64,000 nucleotides of DNA from Phoronis australis (Eukaryota; Animalia; Phoronida): contig NMRA01000486.1 in NCBI GenBank assembly GCA_002633005.1, positions 183,251 to 247,250 on the forward strand. The letters run 5' to 3'. Below the pieces are notes generated by a model that had not been told where the DNA came from, ran no database searches, and saw nothing but the letters and a program-made list of their open reading frames with translations. Position numbers and translations under genes: made by a program. Within the stretch, counting starts at the first letter, position 1, and each line of letters begins with the position of its first letter. Shown piece by piece: positions 13,712-26,600 of the stretch.

Positions 13712-15980
13712 CAGTGGTGGATCTACGGGGGGGGTTGAGGGGTTTAAACCCCCCTTTGGGCCAGGACCCAAAAATAAAAAAAAACGTCTCCAGCCGAAAA
13801 CAAAAACGGCACCGCTAGCGTGTGTAAATCCCAAGTAAACCAACTTGGAAAAATTTGAGGGGGGGGGGTTCGCTCTGAAAATATAATTTTTTTTGCGTTG
13901 TGAATCGCTGAGTCTTCGTCGCTCATCGGCAAAACGCGCGGAGATCCATGAATTGTGCGCGCGCTTCCGTCGACACTTCTAAAGTAGCCAAGTATTTTAG
14001 ATGGATCCACCACTCAAAGAGCAGTTCTATAGCTGATTTTTTAGGTAACTAGCTTCTTTACTCTAAGATATGTTATGATTTGATTAATGGAAATACTGTG
14101 GTGCCGCAAACCTGATATTCAGGCCAATTGACGTGCAACGTTTTTACCTCATCTGTCATGCCGTGTCATTCTATTACACTCCACACGTTTGTAACTGATG
14201 TATAGTAAAGTTGTCTTGCGCAATATCATACAGTGTACGTACATCGTTTTGAAAAAAAATCTTTTTCCGAAGAATTGCTATTGCATGTGGCAGGCGCCGT
14301 GGTCTGGTCGAGAGTCCGTTTGAAGATACACTCTAACAAGTTATGTCTATACAAGGATGACCAAGGGGCACTCACATTGACAAAATGACCTGATTCGCGA
14401 ACAGTGTACAGTACCAAAAATTGCGGGGAGGCTGTTCTTTCACAACCGAAAGTCCTGCGGGACTCGTGCGGTGTTCAATAGGCCTCCTAAGGAGCCCTCA
14501 GTAGTTCCGACCTCAACACCTACCGTCTTTCTACCTGCAATAAGCACAGTGCCGTCTTCTATACTGGGAATTTCCGCAGAAAGACCCACCCGATGAAACG
14601 CTCAAGCCCCTGGGCATTTATTTGATGTTAGTACTTCGGGTTTCAAGCGTTCAAACATTGGGACGTTTATTTCGAAAATTGCAAGAGATGCAAATAGGTC
14701 CTGGGATACAATGTACTTAGTCATGGTTTGAAGTAGTCCATGAAGAACGGATCAAATTTAGTTGCGCATGCAAGTCTTTTGAATGGACTTGGCAACCTTA
14801 AGGGTCTTAGTGCCAACTGAGCTGCGAAACGAGATGCTGACATTGTAGAGGCTCACAAGCTCATTGACGCAGCAGTTGACGAAGTGCAAGCGTTGAGAAC
14901 AAACCGTTCGAAGATATCTGGGTAGAATGGTTCCAAGACGAGCAAACCATTGGATCCAATACAGATTTCTCGGCAGTCTAGACAACAGAAGGATAGGACT
15001 AACGTATGAGTAACCACTGGGGATTAAAAAGTGTCTTGAGAGAAGTTTTCAATTCAATTTTTTTTGCATACACTTTAGGTCTCACGACGGACCAGGCCAG
15101 CTTGACTTGTGTAGATGTTGAGTTTCAGTGTACATCTGGTCCCTCGGCGAACTAGTCTTGTGATTTTTTTTACCAAAGTGTGCTTTGTAAAACTATTTAT
15201 CTCAGCCAGTACTGTTTGGTACCGCGACAGATCGATTGTTTTATAGGGATAATAAACACAGGTGTACTCTTGGTCTCGTGACCAGGTCAGCCTTTTTGTG
15301 TTCTCTCAGTGTACATCTGGCCCCTCTGCAAACTAGTCCAGTATTATCTTTTCACCACTGTGCACAGGATGGTTTCGTGAAATTGTTTTCAGATGATTTG
15401 TTTCCTGAAACATTTGACGTTTTCAATTGTTGTCAACGTGATTCAGCTTAATTAAGTGATACTTAAGTATTTATTGTCGCTTTTAATGTTTATTTCCGGA
15501 CTAACAGTACAGGTCTTCGTTCTTAAACAACTTGAGGCTGCTGTTACGCGATCATCTGATATTCAATTTTTTACGCTGCGTCGGTGCTCCTTATGCTCTT
15601 GAATATTTGGAAGTTGTCTAAACCCCTGTATACACACCACACTTTTTCGTATACGACTTTTCGTACGCTAAAAAGGTGTGTGTAAGCAGATGTTCCAACA
15701 AAAAATTTTGCTGATGGCGTGACTCATTACCCAGATGTGCACAATATGGTTTCACGAAACTTATGAGCCCGGCAAGTTCATGTGACGAAAACGAGAAGGG
15801 TTTTTAATTATCTTAAGAAAAACTCCAGAGACATGTTAAGTGCCAGAAACTTACCAGGATGCATGGAAATTTCACTATTGACTACAAAAACAAAAAATGT
15901 CTTACACGCCACGCGCCTTAGTTGGATTCGACCTTTGCGCCTCCTAAACCCCCCTTACTAAAAACGTAGATCCGCCACTG
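13712..15980 (+). mobile_element. hAT DNA transposon, internally deleted, with transposase remnant
   Basis: TIRs CAGTGGTGGATCTACG / CGTAGATCCGCCACTG; perfect 8-bp TSD CAAAAAGG (13704-13711, 15981-15988). Broken reading at ~14770-15005, LLNGLGNLKGLSA..KRDADIVEAHKLIDAAVDEVQALRTN..RQSRQQKDRTN, resembles ZMYM1/THAP12-like hAT transposases. Confidence 0.9.
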
Positions 15981-17444
15981 CAAAAAGGTGCTGTGAAACG
16001 GGTGGAGTTTACAACGCAGTGCTGTAGTGGGGCGTATGCGCATGCACGCGTAGGCGCAGCCAACCACCTTTTGGCATTTGAACGTAGCGCCTACGCACTG
16101 TAAGTTTCGTTCAGTGCTCAAGGTGATACGGCGGCTTTAGTCGCTTACTTACCTCTAATTTTACCACTACAGCACTGAATGAACACGTACTTGATGAAAA
16201 CCGGCAACATTACAGCGCGCTTTTGTCACTGGTTAGTGCTGATTTGCAAGATTTTTTAAAGACACTATGTGGTAGGCGCAGGAATGGGACAGCGGGGACA
16301 GATTAATTACTTCTTAGTCAGCACTACCGTATCGTTTTACTCATCTGACATCCAGCTAAAATGAATCATTCTCACACTGACCACATGTAACCACATGCGG
16401 TATTTTCAGCCGGACGGACGGCAAAAGCACATCTTCGAGCAGTCAGCATATTATGGTTGAATTATTGTCCATCAAAACCTACGTCAAGTGTTTATTTCCG
16501 GTTTTGACAAGTTTGCTTTAGTAGGCCTAACGTTACCTTTTGGGTGTAGCGGGTGCGCTGTTGCATAGTTATAGTTTTACATGCATAATAAACTAGGGCG
16601 CTGGTCCTCGCGTGTCGATCAATACCGGTATCGAGGGTCAATGGGTAGACTGGGATCACTCACATTTGAGTCAGGACAAAACATAATATGGAATTATTGC
16701 ATCAAAGATGAAATTTTTAGCTAAATGAGTAGTTTGTGGTTCTTGGCACAAGATTCCTTCTCTACGGTCTCTGCCAGGCTACTAAAAGGTGAAATTGTTT
16801 GCCACCAGATGACGCTGTTAAAGATTTTACATTTTGTGAAAAAAGAGGTATGAATTGACCAACGCCATATTTTGACTTGGTTTTCTGGAAATACCTGTGG
16901 GCAATAATAACTATGGTTTTTGAGTAGAGCGTATTCCACTGAGCTTTTTACGATTATTTCTATTGAAGTATTTAGTGACTTATTTTAACGCTGGACAATA
17001 TCCGACCTTCATGCGGTGAAACAGTTTTAAATTTGTCACCTGACGAGCACCTGTCCAACCAAGTCGGGCAACAAGTCAAAGCGTCGTTAACTCCGGCTGA
17101 TACAGGTGAGGCCATTTTTTAAAGGAATTTGTGATTAAGTTATAGGACCCTCAAAGAATCCTGCATGGAGTAGAGCAGGGTAAAACGAGTGGTGTCGGTG
17201 CCAGTACCAGTGGCGAACAGTGCTAGTAGCGAGTGAGAGGACTTATAGTTATAAGACACCAAGTGGCACTTGTTAAAAATAACACGCTGGCGCTGATAGC
17301 CACGTTTTCAAAGGCAAGATCACAACTTTTTTGGTTAGGTGACCTATAGTTTGCACAAGACAAAAATGAAAGCGAAATAATTGCAGTTTTGGCTGTGTAT
17401 TTATATTCAATCTATCATTTACAGATAATTGTTTCTATCTGTAG

Positions 17445-18462
17445 TAAGGGTAAGTTTGGGTAAATTCGGACAAAACCTCCTAGCTCGACTTGCTTACCTA
17501 CTACTGAAGGTTTATGTGTCAACTAATAACATAAGAAGAGTAATGGGATCTCCGAAAATCATTTGAGAAACCAACCAATGAGATTCTTCGTTACTAGTTC
17601 ACTTCCAATGCCTTCGAATTTTAAGAGTAATAACAATGGTCAAAATCCGGGAAATTCGGACACAGGTGGGGAAAGTCAGACGGAGTGTTGGGGAAATTTG
17701 GACCAGCAAAGTCTGAATAGTTAAAACTCGGACAAAATATATAACAGTACTTTATGATTTCAAAAAATGAATTTAGGTATTTTATTTGCAGTCTTATCAT
17801 CAGACGAACAATAAAATTTAAGAAGTCATCATGTCCTGGCCACATAAACAACGTAAAAGTACGTCCGCCCTTACCAATTTGTGTACAGTCCACGTGGTAA
17901 ACAGCGCCATTGTTGACAAATTAAGTTTTGGATTGACCTCTTAAAACAGGAGGTCATCATGCGATTACGAAAATCTCTCAAGAAAAGCGTCCATAGCCTA
18001 AAAACACGGGTGTCTGAATTTCCCCGCAGCATATAAAAAGTTGGAGGGGAAATTCGGACACCGGTTTTTTTATTAAATCATGCTTTCTGTAATTTTTTCT
18101 ATTGGAATTAACACACAAAACTGCATAGTGAAGAATTATACATCAAGTAAATTCAAGTTCATTTACATGAGAAGTGACCAAGTGACCTAAATAAAACTTG
18201 GAAAAGACAGTGTACCTACAGCAGACTTTCGAAATCAGCATGCGAAGCAGACGGCAGAGCGACATAAGGTGCTGAACATGCCTCATATCTGTTGAAACTT
18301 TGTTGTAATTCAAGTGAGGTGATAAATAAATTCCTACTATTGTTCAAAGAAGTGAATAATCTTTTCATGTAGTGATAAGGCATTTTGATTGTTATTATAT
18401 TTGGTGTTTATTTAGACTTGTCTGAATTTTACCGCCGTCCTAGTTTCCCCGAACTACCCTTA
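17445..18462. mobile_element. TA-flanked non-autonomous DNA transposon with internal AAATTCGGACA repeats
   Basis: Left TAAGGGTAAGTTTGGG, right CCCCGAACTACCCTTA; motif GAAATT(C/T)GGAC repeated in both orientations inside. Confidence 0.75.
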
Positions 18463-19138
18463 CGTTTTATTTTATTAGTCAAAAGGTGAGTCGGTGCATT
18501 CCCTTTTTCTTCGGCATCCACTGGCTATGTATTACCTATTGCATTGCTTGGTACAAAGCTTTGGATAAAAAATGGCAAATAATATCTGTCCTAAAATTAA
18601 TATCATTAAAAACTTCACTCTTCCTTGAATAAACTAAATTAGTTAGCGGTACTGAAAAAATTGGTAATAGTCGGGACACTGATTTGAGATCCAGTTACTC
18701 CCACTGAACTTTCGTTATTTTTCTGGTTCTCAAATCAATTATAAATCAGGTACCTACTTATCTGAGTATTACCAAAAATTGTCATTCTACCATTATTCTG
18801 ATGCTGAAGTTTTTTAACTATTGCATCGAAAAGAAAAAGAGCATTACCTTTTAGCCAATTTCTTTTTTCGCTGATTCTTCGATCAACTGTACCTCTACTA
18901 CAATGTTGCATACATGTTGGAGCTAGTTATAAAAATTTAGTTTTATTTTGTTATGACTTTTTGGTATTTTAACACCACCAGGCCAAATTTCTGAGCAAAT
19001 TTTTCAGCGGGGAAATTGCCATTATGTTCTTTAATTAGCAAATAGCACGTGCTCATGTAATAAGCATACTGTATTGACGATAATTGTTTCTCTGTTAAAG
19101 CATATTGATGTCATCCATTACTATTGCAGTGGGCCAGA

Positions 19139-19246
19139 ATGAGTGACATAGTGGATGGTCTGCTGAACTATCAGCAGCTCAAAGTGATTGGTAAGGGGAG
19201 TTATGGAGAGGTGTGGCTGGTGAAACACAGGAATGACAGGAAACAG
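19139..19246 (+). CDS. NEK4: Duplicate copy of NEK4 coding exon 1 (probable alternate haplotype retained by the assembly)
   Basis: Encodes [36 protein letters not shown], the same protein as 20205-20312 (synonymous ATA/ATT difference). Lies in the duplicated block 18580-19446 that ends at a single N (19447). Confidence 0.6.
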
Positions 19247-20650
19247 GTATGTGTTGTGGCAATCAGCTAATCTGTGACTCAGACTCACATGCATGTGCTG
19301 TGGTAAAAAATCAGATGGTCTGTAACTGGGACTCACGCGCATATGTTGTAGCTCTCAGCTGGTCTGTGACAGGGACTCACATGGCAGCTGGCTTGTGACT
19401 GGGATGCAGATGCATTTGTTGTGGCAAAATAAATAAGCTGGTCTGTNACTACGCGTTCCGAGTACGAGGTAAGATTAACCGCCCAGGGCGGTTGCCTGTC
19501 GTAATAAGCGCCCATGTTCGGTTAACCGCCCACCCTGGATTTCTTGAAATTTCACGTTTAAGCGCCCATGTCTGGTTAACCGCCCACCCCCGATTTTATG
19601 GGTTTGCCAATTTAACCGCCCAGGGCGTTAACCCGAACGATTACGGTAATATCTGTCCTAAAATTAATATCATTAAAAACTTCACTCTTCCTTGAATAAA
19701 CTAAATTAGTTAGCGGTACTGAAAAAATTGGTAATAGTCGGGACACTGATTTGAGATCCAGTTACTCCCACTGAACTTTCGTTATTTTTCTGGTTCTCAA
19801 ATCAATTATAAATCAGGTACCTACTTATCTGAGTATTACCAAAAATTGTCATTCTACCGTTATTCTGATGCTGAAGTTTTTTATCTATTGCATCGAAATT
19901 AAAAAGAGCATCACCTTTTATCCAATTTTTTTTTTCGCTGATTCTTCGATCAACTGTACCTCTACTACCATGTTGCATACATGTTGGAGCTAGTTATAAA
20001 AATTAGTCTTATTTTGTTATGACTTTTTGGTATTTTAACACCACCAGGCCAAATTTCTGAGCAAATTTTTCTGCGGGGAAATTGCCATTATGTTCTTTAA
20101 TTAGCAAATAGCACGTGCTCATGTAATAAGCATACTGTATTGACGATCATTGTTTCTCTGTTAAAGCATATTGATGTTATCCATTACTATTGCAGTGGGC
20201 CAGCATGAGTGACATTGTGGATGGTCTGCTGAACTATCAGCAGCTCAAAGTGATTGGTAAGGGGAGTTATGGAGAGGTGTGGCTGGTGAAACACAGGAAT
20301 GACAGGAAACAGGTATATGTTGTGGCAGTCAGCTAATCTGTGACTCAGACTCACATGCATGTGTTATGGCAGTCAGCTGGTCTGTGACTGGGACTCACAT
20401 GCATGTGTTGTGGTAAAAAATCAGATGGTCTGTAACTGGGACTCACACGCATATGTTGTAGCTCTCAGCTGGTCTTTGACAGGGACTCCCATGGCAGCTG
20501 GCTTGTGACTGGGATGCAGATGCATTTGTTGTGGCAAAATAAATAAGCTGGTCTGTTACTGGGACCCACATGCATGTGTTGTGGCAAAAAAAATCAGTTG
20601 GTCTGTGGCTATCAGCTGGTCTGAAACAATGACTCACATGTGTGTGTTGT
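19247..20650. repeat. ~41-44-bp minisatellite starting at the NEK4 exon 1 donor (19247-19446 and 20313-20650)
   Basis: Units like GCATGTGTTGTGGCAGTCAGCTGGTCTGTGACTGGGACTCACAT; the first unit begins with the donor GTAT. Confidence 0.8.
19448..19648 (+). mobile_element. 3' part of TA-flanked MITE (TACCGTAAA family), truncated at the N
   Basis: Ends GCCCAGGGCGTTAACCCGAACGATTACGGTA with internal AACCGCCCA repeats; the equivalent site in the upstream duplicate (18580) is empty. Confidence 0.8.
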
Positions 20651-23600
20651 GAACATTCGGAAGGTTTTTGCATAAAGGCAAAGTTTGAAATGGCCAGTCT
20701 GTGTGTTCAGCAGTCAGCCAATGAATAATTGCCCGAAGGTCAAGCTATTATATTTTAGGTCTAAATGTTTTGTTTTCTCTATGTACAGTATTCAATGTCA
20801 ATAGACATTAAATGCCTTACTGTTCTTGTGGTGGTTATTCATTGTGTGTGAGTATTCTGTTGCAATACACGTATTCCCTCCACACAGTTGGTCCTAACTA
20901 ACTAAATTTGAGCTGTGCAATAATTATTGTTTCCGTGTTTATTGTCTGTTTTATTGATTGTAACCATATGACATTGGTTTGAGTACTTAATGAGAGCATT
21001 AAACAGAGTAATGTAAGAGACAGTTGATGGTCGTTCAGATGAACATAACCAGTTTCCCCTTTTTCGTCTCTTTTTTGTCTTTATTTTTACTTTATTTATT
21101 CAAAAACATTTTTTCAGTTCAATTTTACAACACAAGAATATTTCTATCACACAAGCCTATTTATGTGTGGAACGATATATCACCTGGAAAATTTCCCTCA
21201 TTTTTGTCATTGGTCATTTGGAGCCCTGCATAACAGAACAAGTGCGTTTAAGCAGAGTGTGTAAATTTTGGGAATATACATTTATCTGAACATGAACATT
21301 TAACCAAAATGGGCATGTTGTTAGTGAGTAAGGATTTAATTTGGACTCACTGTCCTCTGTTCTAGTACGTTCTCAAGAAAATGGATTTGCAGAATGCGTC
21401 CAAGAAAGAGCGCCGTGCGGCGGAACAAGAAGCTAAGCTGCTGTCCAAACTGAAACACCCTAATATTGTGGCTTACAAGGACTCCTTTGAGAGCAGTGGT
21501 TACTTATATATTGCCATGGGATTCTGTGAAGGTGGCGATCTCTATGCAAGGTTGGCGGTACTCTTTTTATTTTTAAAATACATTTCTGGAATGTTGGATA
21601 ACTGGCCCTCCCATGTGTGTGTATTCATGTAGTATCAAGGCATCACAGTTACAGTCCCTCGAGAACTTGTATAAAATGTAGATTAATGACAACGCAAGAC
21701 ATCACATTCTTTGTTGTATGTTTTCTACTTGGTTGCTTGAGTTCCGGTTTTGTAAGGTATTCTTGAGCTTACTTTACATGTCATAGTGAGTTTTATTGGT
21801 TGAAAAACTTGAAGAAAATAGGCCTATTGTTTTTGATCTTTTTAGCAAGTGTTTGCTGTAGTGTGACAAGAATATAGTATTACAAGTCAGAAGAAATTCA
21901 ACTCAAAACTAAACTCTCATAATTTGCTGTCATTGTCTGTGAGGTAAATTCGGAACAATTTGAGATTGTATTTTTAAATACAAAACACATCTTAAAAGAT
22001 CTGTTTCAATTTTTCATGATGCGTATTTTTTGTGACATCTCACTGCAGGTTGAAGGAGCAGAAAGGTGTTCCGCTGGAGGAGAAACAGTTAGTCGAGTGG
22101 TTTGTTCAAATTGCCATGGCGCTACAGTACATGCATGAACGCAACATTCTCCACAGAGATCTCAAAACCCAGAACATATTTCTCACTAAGAGTAAAATCA
22201 TCAAAGTTGGAGATCTCGGAATTGCCAGGTCAGTTCACTTATAACGATTTGTTGAGGGAGGTACTCTCTTTAACGATTTGTCGAGGGAGATAACTCTCTT
22301 TAACCCTGTGGCAGAAGCACTTTAACTTATCCTATTCTTGATTTTAAGCTATCTAGGACTGGGGTTGAACACCAGAATTTCAAAATCAGTTCGGCACTAA
22401 TACTGACATTTCAATATTGATACTCGTTCAATGCTGATATTGGATACCATGACTGAACAAAGCTTACAAAGTCGGAAATTGTTTTCTGTTTTGAATGGTT
22501 TTATCTATGGTTTGCTGGAGTGTAGCACTTACAGTACATAGCGTGTCTTGGAACAAGACTGCATAAAATAGTTGGTGTTAGATTGGGTGCACGATTTCTT
22601 GACACATGAGGTGACATTACGACTCCATACCAACTCTACTTCCATGCCACCTTTTGGGCTGTTTGAACTTATTGTGTGGCCTGTGATGTTCTGATGCTGA
22701 GCTAAAGTGCAGTGCCCGGTAATCATCTGCTGAGTAGCAAGCCTGTCTCGGCACTCTTTTGCCTAAATAGTCTCACTGAACTATGCTGTATCATTTCTGT
22801 TTGCCAGGGTGCTGGACAGCTCAAGCGACATGGCCACAACAATGATAGGCACTCCCTATTACATGAGTCCAGAGCTGTTCTCCAACAAACCCTACAACCA
22901 CAAGTCAGATGTGTGGGCGTTAGGTTGTTGTGTTTACGAGATGGCGACACTGAAGCATGCTTTCAACGCACGAGATATGAACTCACTAGTGTATAAGATA
23001 TTGAAGGGAAAGGTGACATGCTACAATTTTGTACTTATGCTAGCTACTTTTTCAAAACATATTTGGTTATTAAGTTTTGTCTGCGATCTGTTCATGTTTT
23101 TATTATATTTGCTTATATAGTAACATCATATTTTCAGTTACATTTCTGCTCAAACTTGAGTTTAAAACCTTTTTCTTCATTTTTTTCAAACACTTATTAT
23201 CAATAAGGAACATTACAATATAAATCACAATGATCACATACACGCACGCATGCATCCATTCAATGGTCGCTTAATTTTCAATAATGTGAGCAAATTTGAT
23301 CAATCTGTTTCTAAATCTATCAAACTGTCTATTTTTTTTGAAAAATATGTTTCTCTGTGAGATAATACTGTTTTAAAATATTAACAATAGCATTAACAGA
23401 TAGTAAAGGGCCCCCCAATCTTTGACAGTATATGTGATATCTCGCTAGAATCAAGCTTAAGTTTGTAGATGCATATGTGTTGTTGATTCCAAAAAGAACA
23501 TTAACTTTCATTATTTTTTCATCGCTGTCACTGGAGTAAAATTCAAGAATGAGTTTAAAACTTAGCGTATTTGATGTCATTACTTGTTTGAATGCTTTAA

Positions 23601-26600
23601 ATTAAACCTTTCAAACTGTATTTTTGAATGTCCAATTAGAACATGCTGGAACATTCTTTCCTGTTAGTTCTTCACAGTTGTTCCTCAGTGTTCATACTTG
23701 CATTACTTCTGTTGATGTCATTACATGCTACACGTGTTTCGTACCTTAGAACTCTTTCAACTAGGAAGTTGAGATTTTGTGTTACCATTTAAGCCTGTTT
23801 GAAATTTTTTTCCTGGATGCGTTTCACGATTTTTACATTACCTGTAGTTATCTCCCCTGCCAGTTGCTTGCCATTCCCAATGTCTACAACCATGACCTTG
23901 TGTTCCTTATCAAGGTCATGTTGCATTAACTGTAGTTATTTCCCTTGCCAGCTGCGTGCTGTGCCCAAGGTCTATAGCCATGACCTTGTTTCTTATCAAG
24001 GTTATATTGCGTTCACTGTATTTATCTCCCTTGCCAGTTACCTGCCATGCCCAAGGTCTACAGCGATGACCTTGTGTTCCTTATCAAGGCCATGTTGCAT
24101 CAGAATGCGGCGAAGAGACCAAGTGTCAACAGGCTTCTCAGGGACCCTTACATCAAGAAAAATATTGCCATATTCCTTGAAGGAACTAAAGGGTTTGTCA
24201 TCGCTTTGCACAAAGATATACGAGTTGGCTGAGTACTCCAAACTTTACGTCAGGATTTATTAAAAAAAAATACCCAAGTGTGTGGCGTAAAATGTGCTCG
24301 GTCAATATTCGAGTAGATTTCTGAGTAAAGTTTGATTGACTCTGGCCAGTCGCTGCCTTTTTACTTTAGCGCTGATGCCCTGAAACAAACATTTTCGCAC
24401 CGTCTCTTTAGATACTAGACCAGTCATAATTTTTCTTGTCATTTCTGCCAGTAATGAATGACCAAATTGTTTAGTACGGACAATGTTAATTATGTATTGG
24501 TTGGGTTAAAACATTCCCTGGAAATATGGAATAAGCAATGGACAAAAACATTGGAAAATTAATGCTGTGAATTTCATACTCATAAATCAGAATGGCAGAA
24601 AACTACGAATAAATGGCCATACCATGACCTAATATTTCAGGTTTTTCAGTAAGTGATCAATTTGCATCAAATAGGCACACTTTATGCACGGTGTTGTTTT
24701 ATTACAAACTTCGTTTTTTGGAATGATAGTTATGTGTAGCTGTTGGAGCAGTGATGATTTGTGTTTTGAAGCGACACCTGTTGGAGTAGTGATGATTTGT
24801 GTTCTGAAGCGACACCTGTTGGAGCAATAATGACTCGTATTCTTAACAGATGCCTGTGCAATTTGATGGAGGCAGTAAGCATTAGTGCATGTTCAGTTAG
24901 TGTAGCTCTTAACTACCACATCTCAAGCCTATAGCTCTATTGAATGACCTAGTAACACGATGCTTTTTATGTTTATAATCTCAATGATATGAAGCTCTAC
25001 AGGGTTGCTGTCATGGTCTGATGTTTAAACATCTGTCCTTTTTTAGTGTTTTTATTTTGGCTGTCTTGGAACTGTACCGTAACATGATGTGGGGTTTCCA
25101 TGGAAACATGGCTTATTCATGAATGCAGGTTATCATTGCTCTTTTGGTCTTTTAACGCTTAACTACTTATGTGACTAAAATCTAAACTGTTCCTCCCCTT
25201 GTTGATACAGGCGGAGGCCTAGTACATCAGGAAGTCGACCCTCTAGTGGCAGCCGGCCATCATCAGGCAAGTCACGGAGACCTCCATTAGGTGACCAAGG
25301 TGACGGCTCGATTGACTCGAGCGTGTCTGAGTCCCAGGACTCTGAGATAGCCACTCTGTCAAAAGTGGAGTTGTCTGAAAGTACAGGGAAGGAGGACTCT
25401 GGGGTAGAGATGAGGGAGATGAACACGATTGAGGAGGCATCAGCGAGTCGCGAGGACGGTAGACGAGAGTCGGAGGACATCAAGAAGCAGGTGAGAGTAG
25501 GTGCCACGAGTGATACCGCTGGTTGTGTGCTGGTCTGAGCTTGTACTGTGACAATATAGGTTTGTACTCTGATGGTCTAGGCTTGTCTTCTGACGGTCTG
25601 GGCTTGCATGCTGAGAGTCTGGGCTTGCTCTCTGATGGTCTGGGCTTGCGCTCTGACAGTCTGGATTTGCTCTTTGAGGGTCTGGGCATGCGCTCTGACG
25701 GTCTGGGCTTGCGCTGTGATGACCGGGACTTGCACGCTGACGCTCTGGGCTTGCGCTGTGATGACCGGGACTTGCACGCTGACGCTCTGGGCTTGTATTC
25801 TGACTGTCTTGGCTTGTACTCTGGTGGTCTGGGCTTGTGCTTTGACAGTCTGTTCTTGCGCTCTGAGGGTCTGGGCTTGCGCTCTGGTGGTCCAGGTTCA
25901 AGTGGTGCATCATCTGACAGCAACCAGGTTTAAGACCAGCAAACTTAATTGAGACTAGACTCCAAAATGACCAATCACATCGCGTGAAAGTTCAAACTTG
26001 GGATACTATACATTTAATCAATTTTTAGCCCAGTTATAAAAATGTTTGAATTCGTTTTTGTTTTTTGGAACTTTACCATTTAAAAACTGAAGTGGCAGCA
26101 ATTCTCTTAAATTAAATCGGTAAATAAAACAACAAGAATGGATCAACTGAAATTTGAAATTTTCGGATGTAACAACTTCCTTTATAAAGGAAAATTTCAA
26201 ATTTCAGTTGATCCATTCTTGTTGTTTTACCGATTTATATTCTTCATTTCATGAAACAATATTCTCCTTGGGAGGATCTGGATCGCCGTATTTAGTTTCA
26301 GATATTTTTTCTACGTCTTAAATTAAACAATGGATGAATAAATCAAAAATGAATTTATAATGAGTAAAAATTCTATTTTTGAGGCATAGATGATTAATTA
26401 ATGCAGAAATTTTGGAAAGAAATGGAACTGGCAACAGCGTTGTTTGGCCAAGTTATGCGATTGTTTTCATTAAAACTACTATTTTTCTGCTGTAAATTGA
26501 AATTATTTATTAGCAGATGTCTACAGTAGGCAGTTCTTTGACTATTATAATGCCTGTTGCCTCATCGCAACCACACAACCTTTATTTTTAGCATTTCATT

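Noticed and set aside
16560-16572. X-box at the presumptive NEK4 promoter (GTTGCATAGTTAT)
   Set aside because: Deviates from the consensus in both half-sites; too weak to call.
19139-19246. Second NEK paralog
   Set aside because: Only exon 1 and flanks are repeated, the protein is identical and the block ends at an N; most simply a haplotype artefact.
22205-22228. DLG instead of DFG suggesting a pseudokinase
   Set aside because: DLG is normal for NEK4, and the catalytic Lys and HRDLK motifs are intact.
25440-25952. Overlapping 114-157-aa ORFs on both strands
   Set aside because: By-products of a 21-bp minisatellite; NEK4 exon 6 ends at a good donor at 25490.
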